Below are positions 26,114-40,068 of a DNA stretch of 64,000 bases, piece by piece (within the stretch, counting starts at the first letter, position 1; every line of letters begins with the position of its first letter). The stretch is from assembly GCA_003971905.1 (NCBI GenBank), contig RSEE01000033.1, forward strand, positions 496,001 to 560,000, written 5' to 3'. The stretch comes from Moniliella sp. 'wahieum' (taxonomy: Eukaryota). The position numbers were made by a program, and so were the translations under genes. Under the pieces are notes generated by a model. The model saw only the letters and a program-made list of their open reading frames with translations, made no database searches and was not told the origin of the DNA.

Positions 26114-28310
26114 TCATCTACCGCTGCGGTACGTAGCGCAGCCACATGCGATGCCAATAGCGCTGTCCAGCCCAGTTGCTCCATCCAGCAGAGACACAGC
26201 CCGCTCCGCATGTTCCATCACGCCCCGCAGCTCATCCTGCTCGGCCGCGCCCGTCGCACATTGGGCGACAACAGAGGCTTGGGTAGTGGAGCCCGCACCC
26301 GCCTTGGAGGCTTCCTTGCGCTTGGTGCGATTCGGTTCTTCAGCCTGAGGCTCTGGGGGAAGCTCAAGGAGATGCCCCATACGCTCTACTTTGGTCCGCA
26401 AGTACTTTTCCAACTCGGGACCGCGAGTCACACTCCCCCCCATCATGGTCAATCCGCCGCGACGCAGGGCATATTCGAGGTAACTGTCCTCAGAGCTGTC
26501 GCTCTCGGCGTCCTCGCCCTCTTCTCTCTCCACGTTCTCTCCACTCCCCGACTCACTTTCACCCATGGATGAGGGAGATAAACTGTCGTTGAGCAAGACC
26601 GATTCCTGCAGACGACTGGGTCCGTGCGGACGGGTCGCGCCTGGCGTGCCGGGCGCAGGGGATGCCGAGGCCGAGGTAGTCCTCGACATGCGCGAAGAGG
26701 GCCGATGACGATGACGCTGGCGGCGGGTGCGCTGCCGCCACACCCGAGGTACCATCGCGACGCGCTGGGTTACCTGGACGCCCACCTGTTCCAGCGCTTC
26801 CATTTTTCTGGGTTGTTGGTCAGCAGCCGGCACTGGTTGACCCCCAAGTCACGCAGGATGGCCGAGGCAATGTCGTATTGTCTCGCATCAGGCAGGTGAC
26901 CGAGAAGGATGTTGGCGGCGACCGTGTCGGCGCCCATGTCCTGTAAGTTGTAGGCCATAATCTTGTCCAGCAGCCCAATGCCACGCCCTTCCTGGCGAAG
27001 GTAGACCACCACCCCACGCGCATGACCATCCTTGTAGTCCCGCCCTGTCCGGCTGATCAGCCGAATCGCCTCGTCCAGCTGCTCGCCACAATCGCACCGT
27101 TGCGAACCGATCGTCTCCCCAGTGTAACACTCTGAATGAATGCGTACCAAAGGCGCGATCTCGGTATGGGCTGTCTTGGCCGCTGCCTTGGCGGTGGCTT
27201 CAGCAGCAGTAGGAAGACTGGCTTGTTGATACCCTGGACCCAGACGGCCCACATACGCCCCACGCACAATCCGGTCCAGAGGCGTCTCGTCGGGACTCCA
27301 AACTTCCTCGAGCGTGCGGCTGCGCATGTTGCCAGGTGGCTTGGTGGCAGTTGGGTTGCGTGCCAGTGTTTCCATCGCTTCCACATCGTTCTGCGCGGGG
27401 TCGACAACGAGGGCAAGGTGTTCCTTGTCATCATGGTTGTTGCGATAAATGTGGACAAAAGCCTCGCCATGGGGGGGGGCACCCGGGTACGCGCATGACA
27501 GCGTACCTGGATCGGAGGAATAGTCTTGATAAATGGCTTTCCACGCAGGGCAGCTGGGTTGGCGGAAAGCGCCTCCTCTGCACTCGCTGCGGCTGTGGAA
27601 GGGACAAGGGCGATGGAGGCCATGGCGGCCGCTTGTTCGGCCTGCCGGGCTGCCGCTTTCGCTTCCACTTCCGTTTGTACTGTCTTGGGAGCCGCAGTTC
27701 CGGGCTCGGCTTGGCGGGCGCGACGTGCGTCGGCTTCGCGCTGTAGACGCTCGTTTCGCGGCATCTGTTGCGACTCGTACACAGAGCGCTCCCACATTGG
27801 CGGCGTGGGCTCATGGGTCGCTCCGGTCGCAGGCGACGGGGTAGCCACGTCCTGCAGCATCGAGTCTACCGCCAGCTTCTCATGGTTCTTATTTGGTCGG
27901 CGGGTATGGGAGGAAGACCCATGCGGCTGGTCGTGCTGGTGCGCCCGGCGGTGCGCAAGAATACGCTGCTGCTGCTGCTTGATGAGCTTGAGTCGCTCGG
28001 ACCGAGCCATCTGGCCAGAAAAGGGGGTGGGAGGATGGTGATGCCCATCCTCTGCGGTCGGAGCGGATCCATCAGCATTGTCACACAGCTCGGCATGCGC
28101 GCCGGGTGGAAAGAGGAAGGGGGCGAGGGCAGATGCGTCGCCAGGGCCGGCGTTGCCGTAGCTGTGGTGGAAGTGGTGGCGGGTCACATGCGGTCCCGAG
28201 CCAAGGCTGGCGGCAAGGACGATGGGGTCCATGGCCGCCCAAGGAGATGGCTGTTGCTGGAGACCGGGAGCGGGGGCGTCGGCGGGTGCGGTGCTGGGTT
28301 CGGGCGTCAT
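26114..28310 (-). CDS. RIB1: GTP cyclohydrolase II (riboflavin biosynthesis); frameshifted
   Basis: [77 protein letters not shown]. Three overlapping frames with breaks near 27475 and 26805. Confidence 0.92.
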
Positions 28311-28684
28311 GGTGGTGGTGGGGCGGGGCGGGCAGAAAAGAAGGAACGGAGAGATCGGAATTGCAATTTCCTGGTGCGGACATTAGCATGCCGCGCACGG
28401 CGTCTGTCTTGACTGGCTATCCCAGAGACCAGAGACGCTAGACCCGAGACCGGAGCAGACACCGAACCATCGATAGTCTGCGTCGCCTGTCTGTCCATCG
28501 CCTACCTACCTAGCCCAACTGCGCTCTATGCTCGTTCCCCTCAGCATCCGCCATCGCCACGGGCGGATCAGAGAGGCTCTGTGAGACGTAAGATTGACAA
28601 TCGGATTCAAGCCAAGACAGCGTCTAGGGCAGATAATGGTATGCAGAGCGTCGTGGTACAGGGATAGGCCGGCTTTGCCTCAAG

Positions 28685-30037
28685 TTACATGGCCTGCGTG
28701 GCATCGATCTCAATTGCCGGAACGATGCTGGCCATGAACTTGAGAAAGACAATCAGATACTGGTCCACCCGCAGGCCCTCCGTCTCTGCATCAGGGCCAG
28801 GGGAGGTGGATAATGGGGTGTCCGTCTTAGCTTCGGACGAGTCGCCTTTCCCAGCTACCTTCTTAACAGCGTTCAACCCCACGTGCGCTTCTTCCCCGGT
28901 TGGGGGGCGGCTGGAGCAGGTACTTGTCCGGACGCGGCCGCCTCCTGCCGCTGCGACTCCACCAGACTTGCATTCATCCGCTCCAGAACCTTCTTCATCA
29001 CCGAGGCATGCTTGCACGGGTGGATGCTAGCCGTACTCATCCGTTCGCTGTGCGGGAAGGGCTCGATGGTCACCGTCTTCTGAGCATAGTCGCTGCTCAC
29101 ATCCTCGAAGATCTGGGTTGGCTTGAGGAGGGAGCCATGCTCGTCGTACCCCACCAGCCACATCCGAGGGGTTTGATAATACTTGTCGTATGTGATGAGG
29201 CAGTCGTACGTTCGCACGCTCAGCAGATTGGCGTTCTTGGGAGCATCCAACGGCTCAGATTTCGGGGCGGCAGTTGCATCCTCCTCCTCCTCCAGCCCAG
29301 TGCCAAACGCACCCAAATCTTCGTCCATATCGGGAATGTCAGGAATATCAGGAATGTCCCCAATCTCCTCACCGGCCAAGGCATCTGCGCTACTCGGACC
29401 ACCCAAGCCAGCCACACGACGAGCTAGCTCATCCTCCTCGGCAGCTGTAAGCTTCTGCTCCGGAGCATTCTCGTCGTCAAACGCGTCGGGGATGTCCATG
29501 ATCTCCGCATCATCCCCTCCGGTCTCGCGATCGGCATCGGTCCCAAGCCACTCGTCGTCTTTGCCGCCCAACTCGCCACCCTCGACAAAGTAACTATCAG
29601 CATCATCGCTTGCTTCCGCCCCCTTCTTGCTCCTCCCAAAACGCCGTTTGCCCACCGCCGCCGATTCCATCTGGCTCACGCGGCGGAGACATGGCACGCC
29701 ACGGGAGATAAGGTACTGCTTGTCGCTGGGGAGAAAGTCGCGCTGCTTGGACTGGTCTCCCGAGGCCCAGGACCAGGTAGGGAACTTGTATGCGAGAAAG
29801 TCGCCCGCAGCAACAAATTCCTCTGTGCCAAGTCAGAGGATGCGACAAATCAGGCTGGCAGAAGAGGAAGAGGACGTACCAGGCGTAATGCGGCCATGCT
29901 CCTTGAACTTGCTCTCGCGCAGCACAGGGCTGAGGTAGTCGCGCACGGCCCAAAAGTGAGTCTGGAGGCGTGGGACACAGGCCAAGGTTAGAATCATCCG
30001 CACAACAAAGCAGGGCACGCACCTGGATGGCGTTCAT
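28685..30037 (-). CDS. ATG3: Autophagy E2-like conjugating enzyme Atg3
   Basis: Exons 30037-30023 (MNAIQ), 29961-29880 and 29822-28685; introns 29962-30022 and 29823-29879. [41 protein letters not shown], catalytic [25 protein letters not shown]. One frameshift near 28880. Confidence 0.95.
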
Positions 30038-30639
30038 CTTAAGTACTCGCGGGACAGGCGGCTGGACGCAACGGGGAGCGGGGGGAGCGGCAGCACAAGC
30101 ACAAGCACGGGCGGCAGTGCTGGGCGTGAGAGTTGGTTGGTCGGACGACTCCTGGCTGGCGAGCGAATCACGCGTGGTGGCCGTGACTGCGCTCAAGGCG
30201 GCCAGATCGGGCGGGAGGCGTCTGGGAGGCCACGCCACAACCCTAACACACACTCGCCTGCCCTGCACGCCTGCATCATATGGCCACACTGGCGCCATGC
30301 CTGGCCGGCCTCCTGTTCGGCCGCTCGAGTTCCCAGGCGGGGGCAGGTGCGCGGGCCGGGCCTGGTATAACCTCCTTCTCAGGAGGTTGTGGAGAACCAT
30401 CGCACGTCCAAGCCAGGCATGCCGCCGAACACGCACCGCCAGCCACCCGTCATGTTGTCTGCCGGCACCCAGCCTTGTGCGCTCGTGTCCCTGGTGGTTG
30501 CCCTGCCTCCGCCTCCTCTTTCCCTTCGCTCTCGCCCCCCTGTTCTACAGAGCCAAGTCAGGCAGTCGCCACAAACCGGCTATCGATCGGCCATTAACTG
30601 CATGAATCCGGGGAACCATATGTAGTCAGGGTGCCCGTT

Positions 30640-31846
30640 CTAGAAGGCTTGCGACGCTGCTCGTGCCTGGGCAATAGATGTTCGGGACGTAGCTGGCCTT
30701 CCCTCGCCACCAGCAGCCCCGTCCCGGTTGAGGTTGACGCGTTCAAAGCGCGCAATCGTACGCCCTGGATCGGAAGGCGCATCGGCCAAAGCTTGCCGCG
30801 CCCTCGTCTCTCCACGAACACCAAGCGCAGGCACACCCCGGTTGAGGCCCTCAAGCAGCATGCAGGCCTTGCAGATAGAGTTGGAGGACATATACCCACA
30901 CCGCGTGCAGGTCTGCTGCTGAGCGACCTTGGTTTCGGCCTTGACACTTAGTTGCTCGCCCGAGTAGATCAGATCGACGATTGCACTGGGTCGGATGGCC
31001 TCCAGGTCCTTGAGGTACGTGCGCGCATATCCGCGATACGCATTGGGCGAGTAGATGCACTCGGTACTAAAGTAATCCAGCTTCTTGAAGTAGGCGTACC
31101 TGCAAAATGAGTTAGATCAGCTATTTCAGCCAGGTGAAGACATGGACGTACATGACAATTTCCTTCTCGTAGGCGTATTTGAATGGCTTGCTTCGCTTGA
31201 TTCCACTTCCTGATACTTCCCCGTCGGGGCCCTCCGTGCCCTTTGTTGTAATCTCGGTACAGCGCGACAGACGGGAGATGTCACCACGAAGAACATTGAG
31301 CAAGATTGTCTCAGCAATATCGTCGGCATTGTGACCCGTGACAATGTGGTCGACACCAAGTGAGGCGGCACCTCGATCAAGCGCCTGGCGGCGAAAGACG
31401 CCACAGAATGTGCAGTTGTTCTTTCGCCCTACCGTGGCAACAATGTCGTCCATAGTCCATCCATAAAGATCATTGTAACCGAGTACCGTCAATGGTAGTT
31501 CATACTGTTCCTGGTTGCGCTTGACAGTCTCGAGCGAGTCGTCACGGTAGCCTGTGATGCCCTCGTCGATGGAGAGGAGATAAAGCTCCAAGCCATAGTC
31601 ATAGCGTTTGTTGAGGGTCGTCATGACATGTGCAAGTACCGTCGAGTCCTTGCCCCCGGATGCGCCGATGGCCACCCGCTCGCCACGCTTAAACAGCCCC
31701 ACACCGCCGTGAGCAGCGAGAATGGTCTCATGGACCTCAGTTTCAAAGACATTGAAGAAGCATTCCTTGCACACTGACTGGCCCGTCTTGGGCCGCTTGA
31801 GCACTGCGCGCGCCGAGTTGCACAACTGGCAAGGGCGGGGAGCCAT
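30640..31846 (-). CDS. NCS6: Cytoplasmic tRNA 2-thiolation protein 1 (Ctu1/Ncs6)
   Basis: join(31846..31152,31099..30640) is intact and in frame. N-terminal CxxC pairs, PP-loop [50 protein letters not shown]-terminal [16 protein letters not shown]. Confidence 0.95.
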
Positions 31847-31994
31847 AGGGAGTGGCGAAGCGAGATGGGCGGTGGAGATGGTGAGAGCAGATGTCCATTT
31901 TTTTAAGTGCGACTAGCCCCGCGGCCCAGCGCTTTGCACCGGCTGCTGGGTACTGGCACCATGCATGCACACGCATCCGCCGCAAGGGAGGGGG

Positions 31995-32002
31995 CACGTG
32001 AC
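31995..32002. promoter_or_regulatory. CACGTGAC (Cbf1-type bHLH E-box) in the divergent CTU1/Nudix promoter
   Basis: Motif match in a 380-nt bidirectional intergenic region; function is inferred only. Confidence 0.3.
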
Positions 32003-32228
32003 CGCCCGCTTTCACTTGGCGCACATAAACAAGCTGGGCCGTGCTGGGCAGAAAAACGAGGGAAGTGCCGGCCCCGAGAGTGGGGCTTCCCATCCCAACG
32101 GCTGGTGCTGTGCCCCACTTGCATGCCACCAACAGCTTCTTCGGCTGCCTCTCCTCTCGTTTCCCCCCGCACTCGACCAACGGCTATTATCGCTTCCCCG
32201 CATCCCCCCAACCGACGTTCTGGCACCC

Positions 32229-34015
32229 ATGCGCACCTTCGCTTCCATCCCCCTGGCCGACCGGCTGGCTCAGGCCCTCACCCATATCCAGTCCACCCGA
32301 CCCCACAAGATCCCTCCCCCCGCCACTGGGCCTCAGCTGCCCGCGGTAGCGTCCCACCCGTCCGCCATGCTTCCGTTGCCATCTTGATTCGTGTCCAGCC
32401 GACCCTGGAGGACGAGGAAATTTTGGCGGAGCAGTACGACGCCGACGGCCAGCCCATTGCTGGCACTGAGGCAGCCATTATGCTGCGCCACATTTGCCCG
32501 CCACTCTCAGCCATAGGATCAAGCGTGGCCAACCAAAGCGACGCAAGCTCTTCAGAAGTATTGCTTCCTGGAAGGAGCAAAGACGAGACGGCTGGTTCCG
32601 CGAACTTGGTTCAATCTTTTTTCTCTCTTCCTTGGGTGAGGAGAGGTACACCTGAGATCTTTTTCATTGAGCGTCCGACCAAGGGGAACAACAAGGACTC
32701 GTCTCATCTTGTCTTTCCCGGGGGAGGGAGGCAGGAGGAAGACGAAAATGGACTGTACACTGCTTTGAGGGAGACGGGCAGGAAACGGGCATTGACCTTG
32801 CAGAGTCTAAGGATTTTACCTGCATTGGTCAACTGGACCAACGCGAAGTTACGACCAGTCTCGGACAACAACTTCTCATGATTCTGAGTCCTTACGTCTT
32901 CCTCCAAACCATCCTTCAGCCCTCACCCGATCTATCCCCACGATGTGGCAGCGCGCATTGGATCCCACTGTCCGCACTGGACAACCCTCCCCCCTCGGCT
33001 TTCTGCACTAGAACCGTTGATGTGGCTCCCCGGTTGGCACCCAAGTCAGCTGTGGTGCGTTGGTCGCTCCGCACTCTCGTTGGGTGCTTAGACTACCACT
33101 GTCTCCTGGTCCCTAACGACCCGGTCGCCGAAGCATTTGATATGGACGCCTTGTCGTTCTCAGGCTCAGCTTCGGGACACCCTCAAGTGCATCAGACTCG
33201 CAAGCTGTTTATTTACCTGAATACGGCAGTTTCTCTCGCACCCATCCTGCTCACCCTCACCCTCACCTATCCACTCAAGTCAGGATACCCCTTCCAGCTT
33301 CCTAGATCCATCGGGGCAAATAGCCGCCCTCCTATCAAACTATGGGGGTTGACTCTTGCGATGACACTGTATGTTCCCATCAGTTTGCGGTGGCTTCAGC
33401 ATACTGACCTGTCCCATCCATCCAGTGATTTGGTTAGCTTCATGCCGCCTGCCTCTAAAATCAAGGAGAAGTCATCGACCCCGGATAATCGACTGTTCAG
33501 TTGGATCCCACCCCGAGTCCAAGAATGGCTGGAGGTCCACCGCCCGCGCCCGGCCTGGCAGCATGCTCCGAGCTTGGCTCCAGCTGTAGCCTTCCCTCAG
33601 TTTACCTACCCTGACATCAATTTTTGGATTTGGGTGTTTGTGGTGGAGGTACCGCAACCTTCTGGACAAGTGGAACAAGAGCCGCCAAATCCGCCTGGTC
33701 AGTGGCTCGTCTCCGTCATTGGCCGATCGATCCAAACATGACCGGGGCCGAGGGCCCAACACCTCTCAGTTGGCAGTTGGGGCTAACCTTTCTGTCCGCC
33801 GTGCGCTGCTGGTCTCCATTCTACTACGTGGGTCGGCGCATTGTCTCTCGCCCTGGGCTCTATTTGGCTCGTGCTCCGTCGCTTGGCTCGGAACGACAGG
33901 GCCTTCCTGGGTGGGGATTGGACCAACTACTGGGCTAACGCTTTGCGTAATAGCGGACGGGTGCCTCGTCGCATCGTTTCAGCGGGGGCACCAAGTAACG
34001 ACCTTGATGACCTAG
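32229..34015 (+). CDS. Nudix-family hydrolase (fungal CoA-pyrophosphatase-like group); frameshifted
   Basis: RHASVAILIRV, FFSLPWVRRGTPEIFFIER, Nudix-box-like VFPGGGRQEEDENGLYTALRET, MILSPYVFLQT, LWGLTL. Intron 33369-33425. Several frame breaks; 3' end uncertain. Confidence 0.7.
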
Positions 34016-34301
34016 TGGGAGTTTTGCGGATAGGGACGCAAGATACGTTTGGGGAGGCAGGTAGCCCGGTAGCCGGCCAAGCAGGCGGGTCAGACCGAGA
34101 GGAATCAGGCTGCGCGCAACCGGAAGCTACCGTGGTTTCAGCCGTTCCACCGGCCATCCCGGACGTAGTACGCGTAATACAAAAAACGCTCCGGGGCGGA
34201 ACGGAGGGCGGGGCACAGGGGCAGTGGCGTTACTGGGGGCGAGAAGGTGCGGACCCAGCAGGCCCCCCATCTTCTCTTCCCCCCACCGTCTGCCTGTCCC
34301 G

Positions 34302-36676
34302 ATGCAGATGTTGCTGCGCCATCGCCTCGCCCCGAGCGCGGCCAACGCCACCGCGTCGATCCGCGGCGGGATGCTGTTCCCGCCTGCCTCACGCTCGTTG
34401 CATGTTTCCCATGCGCCGCTGGCGTCCATGCTGAGCTCGCGCGCTGGCCAGCTCGTCCCACCCCCCGCCCGTGCCTCCGCGTTCACCTCTGTTCTGCGCA
34501 TCAATCCTCTTGCCCAGCAGGTGCGCACATACGCGTCCGAAAGGATGGTAAGGGCGACAAGGACCCGGAGAAACGCAAGCGCGATCCTAGAGGAGCGCCT
34601 CGAGGCTGAGATCCGGTCTTTCTTTGAGCGCCGCAACAAGGCGTCCAGCCGATCCAAGGAGTCTGGTTCGGGCGGGTCGACCGGCCCAAACGAGATGACG
34701 ACCTCAGGTCTTCATGATGCAGTTCGACCCCAAGCGAATCTTGATCACGGTCGTGCTCACTTACGTCTTTATCGGCTTATGTCCCGACCTGGGCTCGCGT
34801 GAGATTACGTGGCAAGAGTTCCGAACCAACTTCCTGGAAAAGGGCCAGGTGGACCGGCTGGTCGTCGTAAACCGCTCGCACGTCAAGGTCTACCTCAACG
34901 GCAATGGATTGGATGGAGGCCGTGGATCGTCCGCTTACTGGTTCTCTGTCGGTTCGGTCGAGGCGTTTGAACGGCATCTGGACGATGCCCAGCGGCAACT
35001 GGGCATTCCGGAGAATGAGCGGATCCCGGTTGCTTATCACCAAGAGACTGGATTGCTCAACACGTGGTCTACTTTGCTCCAACTCTGCTCATGGGGCGTC
35101 CTGGTGTGGATCACGCGCCGCGCAGCTGGAGGATGGGTGGCGGCGGAGGGCCGGTGGCTGATTTGGCATGGGCAAGTCGCGTGCCAAGCTTTACAACCAA
35201 GAGAACGATGTGAAGGTGCGTTTCAAGGATGTGGCTGGGATGGACGAGGCCAAAGAGGAAATCATGGAATTTGTCAACTTCCTCAAGAATCCCGAGCGGT
35301 ACGAGAAACTGGGTGCCAAAATTCCTCGGGGGCTATTCTTTCCGGCCCTCCTGGTACCGGTAAGACGCTTCTTGCCAAGGCGACTGCTGGAGAAGCCGAG
35401 GTTCCTTTCCTCAGTGTGTCGGGGTCGGAGTTTGTCGAGATGTTTGTCGGTGTTGGTCCATCCCGTGTGCGCGACATGTTTGCTCAGGCCAAAAAGATGG
35501 CGCCAGCTATTATTTTTCGATGAGATCGACGCCATTGGTAAGGCGCGTGGCAAAGGCAATTTTGGCGGGAACGACGAACGGGAGAGCACTCTGAACGAAC
35601 TCTTGGTTCAGATGGACGGCTTTGACACGAACGAGCATGTCGTTGTCTTGGCTGGTACCAACCGTCCTGATGTCTTGGACCCTGCTCTTCTTCGTCCGGT
35701 CGATTTGACCGGCACATTGCAATCGACCGACCTGACATTTCGGGTCGCCTCGAGATCTTCAAGGTGCACCTTAAGCCGATCAAGCTGGGCAAGGACGTGG
35801 ACCCGAATTTGTTGGCCGAAAAGTTGTCTACGTTGACTCCGGGCTTCAGCGGTGCCGATGTGGGCAACGTATGTAATGAGGCGGCGCTCATTGCCGCACG
35901 GAAGCACTCAGACACCGTCGAGGAGATCCACTTCGAGCAGGCTATCGAGCGCGTCATCGCTGGCTTGGAGCGCAAGAGCCGTGTGTTAGCCCCGAAGAGA
36001 AGAAAACGGTGGCCTACCATGAGGCTGGGCACGCCGTCTGCGGCTGGTTCCTTGAGCATGCCGATCCGCTGCTCAAGGTGAGCATCATCCCACGTGGAGT
36101 GGGGGCACTAGGGTACGCTCAATACCTGCCCAAGGAGAAGTTCCTCTTCTCTACGGAGCAGTTGACGGACCGGATGTGCATGACCTTGGGTGGCCGTGTT
36201 AGCGAGGAGATCTTCTTTGGTTCGATTACCACCGGCGCCCAGGACGACCTGTCCAAAATCACCAAGATGGCGTACGAAATCTGCGCGACATACGGGATGA
36301 ACAAGACGCTGGGTCCTGTTTCCTACCGCCAAGAACAGGAAACGCAACAGAAACCCTACTCGGAGAAGACGAACGAGACGCTCGACGCCGAGGTCCGCAA
36401 GATGGTCGTTGCTGCCCACGAGCGCACAACCCGTTTGCTAACTGAGCACAAGGAGGATGTGGAGAAGGTGGCCAAGCTCCTGCTGGAGAAGGAGGTGATC
36501 ACGCGCGAAGAATGCGCCACACCCTCGGCCGCCGTCCGTTCAAGACGGCAGACGAGGCGGATGCGTACCTCGATAAGAAGCTGGGGGAGAAGTTGGCTCC
36601 GCCGCCGCCGCCGTCGGAGTATGGCGAGCCGGGGCTGGCTGCGAGCAAGGCGGATAACAAGCCCCTGGAGCCATAG
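34302..36676 (+). CDS. AFG3: Mitochondrial m-AAA metalloprotease subunit (Afg3/Yta12 family); frameshifted
   Basis: Arg/Ser-rich targeting peptide, [35 protein letters not shown], Walker A GPPGTGKT, Walker [23 protein letters not shown], Zn motif [13 protein letters not shown]. Stop TAG at 36674-36676 inferred. AFG3 versus YTA12 is not resolved. Confidence 0.92.
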
Positions 36677-37190
36677 AATTCTGGTGTCTGGGCACTGTCT
36701 GAACACCGCTTTGCTATCAAATTTCCAACCATTGGCACTAGTCACTTTTCCCCGCGGTTGGACTGGCGACGGGAGGCAGATAGACAGCCGCAGGTATTGG
36801 GCTGCTTTGTGGGGACGAAAGGACTGGACTGGACTGGGCAGGCGGGTCCAGACTTGCTGCGTACTCGATAATCCGAAAGAGAAAGCTCCGGCCTCACTGA
36901 TGAAAGGCTAGTGAAAACCCCCAGGGCCAAGCCAGCCCCAATAAGGCACGGTGTCGCCTCGTGGGACCCACCGATAGGCCTAATCGATATTCGCCCGAAT
37001 CGGATGGGTTCAACAAACGAACCCAGTGGGGCCGCGGCCGAGTCACAGTCTCGGTTATCTGTGAAGTTTTGCCCGACACCCTGGCCTTCGGATACTTAAG
37101 AAGCGGGGCTGGATCATCGTTCAGTGGGCCATCGCGCGCGCGTCCTGCTTCTGCCCCACCACCACCTTTGCCGCCCCCCCGTTTGCGGAC

Positions 37191-39655
37191 ATGTCCGTCA
37201 GCACGCGCGGCCTGTCATCCAACCCCGCCAACGTATCACGTGACTATGGTCTGCTCCAGGCTCCCAACACTGCGGTCCAGCCGTTCCCTGACTTCGAAGG
37301 AGACCCGGCGGGCGTCTCATCCGCGCTCGAAGAACATGAAGACGCACTTCATGCTGTGCGGCAGTACGAAGCGGCCGAAGCGGGCCACGGCCTGCACCCT
37401 GCCCTGCCGAGGATTCCCACCACCTTGCTGCCCTTCCCGGCGCGGGCGCCAGGCCTTGTCGGACGCTGCGAGTGTTATCTCCTCGACAGGATGGCAGCCG
37501 GAACCCGTCTCAGACTCGCTCCATATCGCGCTCCCGCTCCCGCTCTCGCCTCGCCCCGGCGTTACCGGGGCAGGCTCGGCCACTGAGTTTTGTACGTCCT
37601 GCTCATGAGGGGGTCCGGCGCTCGTTCTACCAAGGTGATCATGAAGGTAGCCTCGCCAGTCGGTACCGCGACCTAGTCCTCGGCGGGAACCTGTTCCTCC
37701 CCCGTGGAACAGCTACAACACACTACATTCACCAGCACTATGCTCACGAGCATGCCGATTCCGGTGCGCCCACGCCCACTGTTTCGGGCGCCCGTCGTAC
37801 GAGCTTCAATCATCTTGGTGCGATGCCCCCCCATCACGCCGCAGACCCCAAATCATTCGAACGTCGCTGGTCGCGCAGCAGCGCAGTGACCCCGCGTCCT
37901 GCCGATATCGCCCATGTGCTGGAACAGCTTCACCTCCAAGACGCAGACATCGAGGACGCTTCGGAGCGTTCCCACCTGCTCGGCTCTCGCCCAACTTCCT
38001 ATGCTGCCATCTCCGGGGCAGGTGTATCTGGCTTATCTGCCCGCACTGTCGTACCTGGTGAACAGGCCCGTGCGTCCCACATCTCTGTGGTCCCTCCTTC
38101 TACTGTTCCTGGGCCGGGGGCCGCCGGGCAAGAGTCCGCAACATTGCTTAAATACACTCTACCCATTTGGGCTACCCATGTACTCGAGCTGTCCATCAAC
38201 TCTGTTACTGTCCTAGTCATTGGGCACCTTGGTACTTCGGGTACGTCTCTCTTCCCCCCATGATTCGTTGGGGGCACTGACTGATGCCCTTGTAGAACTG
38301 GCGGCTGCTTCGCTGGCTTCTCTCACAGGTAACGTGACTGGCTTCTCGGTCATCCAGGGATTTGTATCGGCGCTAGACTCTCTGTTGCCTGCTGCCTATT
38401 CATCGGATCGCCCCTCTGCCGTGGGCCTCTGGACTCAACGTATGGCCATCATTCTTATTGCCCTTTTGCTTCCTATTTCCCTTATCTGGTTTTGCGCGGA
38501 AAGCATCCTTCTCTCCCTCAAGCAAGACCCGCAAGTGGCCCATCTCGCTGCTCTCTATCTCCGGGTAATGATGTTCTCTCTCCCTGCGTATGCCGGTTTC
38601 GAGACGAGTCGTCGGTATCTGCAAGCGCAGGGGCTGTTTTCCGCACCGACCATTGCGGTAGGGGTGGCAAGTGTGCTGAATGTGCCCATGCAACTGCTTT
38701 TTGTCCATGGCCCTTCCCCGATTCGAATGGGGTTCCTTGGGGCCCCTGTGGCAAGCACGCTCTCGTTCTGGATCATGTTCCTTTTTGGTCTGTTCCAGTG
38801 CTGGGTTGCCCCTCGTGACGCCTGGGGTGGACTGTCGCGCAAGGCGTTTGAGTTGCGTGGCTTGGTGGTGTGGAACCTGGGCCTGGCCTCGACGTTGGCC
38901 ATGGCCGCGGAATGGTGGGCGTGGGAGGTGGCTAACTTGATCTCGTCCATGCTGGGCACGACGGCACTGGCGGCCCAGTCAGTGCTCCTGGTCACTTGCA
39001 GTCTCACCTACCAGCTCCCCTCGAGCATCGGCGTGGCAGCAGCGGTGCGGATTGGCAATTTGCTTGGAGCGAATCAACCGGCCTGGGCAGCCCAAGCGGC
39101 GCGTACGGCGCTTGTGGCTTCCTTGCTCTGCGGCATGCTCAACAGCAGCGTCCTCATTACTTTCCGCAACCAATGGGGACGGATCTCAGCTCGGACCCTG
39201 AGCTGATCGAGCTGATCGCAACCATCCTGCCCTACGTGGGGGGGTTCCAGATTTGCGATGGCCTCTGTGCCGTGGGCGCGGGCATCCTTAGGGGCAGCGG
39301 CCGGCAGAGCCAAGGGGCGGTGATCAACATCTTTGCCTACTATGCAGCTGGCTTGCCTTTGGCTGGCTACCTCCTGATGCGTTGTGGGTGGGGTCTGCAG
39401 GGGATCTGGTTTGGTCTTTCCACTGGACTTTTCCTCGCCTCGATTGGGTTCATCGTTCTCATCCTCGGTACTGATTGGAAGAACGAGGCGGAGAAGGTGC
39501 TTTCGCGGATGGAGGAGGATGCCATCCCCTCGAACGCCGTCGAGGCCAACATTGAGGCCAACATTGATGCAGTGCTGGAGGAAGTTGGATCGATCGCCGA
39601 GGAGGAGGAGGAGGAAGACTTGGATACGGAAGAACCTGCTCTTCAAGGAAAGTGA
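37191..39655 (+). CDS. MATE-family efflux transporter with a long hydrophilic N-terminus
   Basis: VIGHLGTS|ELAAASLASLTGNVTG (intron 38241-38295), SALDSL, RRYLQAQG, AEWWAWE, LAAQSV, AVRIGNLLGA, FQICDG, GILRGSGRQ, YYAAGLP. Frameshifts near 37500 and 39180. Confidence 0.9.
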
Positions 39656-40068
39656 CCCATTTGCACTAAATAATTAAAGCGCAGTGGTCTCGCACGTACT
39701 CTTGGCACTCTTGGCCCTGTTAGTTTGCGCTCATTCTAAGCACGGCGCTGGTTTTGCTACTATTTCGGATGAATGAACGTGATGTGGCCATATCCTGTGG
39801 GCGAAAGTGGTATAGCATTTCACGGGCGGGACCCGTCCATGATCTGCATGATCAGCGGGTGCTACCGAGCAATCGAGAACCATCAAGGTTTTGTGGATGT
39901 CAATAGGAAGCTAGACTCACACTCTCAGCACTACACTTTTTGAATATCGCCGCTACACATTCGGGACTGGTTCGGAAGGGGTCCGTATAGTAAAAAGCGC
40001 AAAATATACGCAGAGTACATCGTCGCTGCCCATCGCAGCCGTTAATTCCTGATTACACGTGGTACTGT

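Noticed and set aside
34302..36676. Programmed frameshifting or pseudogenisation of AFG3
   Set aside because: Multiple scattered breaks with intact catalytic motifs, and the same pattern in unrelated genes, point to sequencing error.
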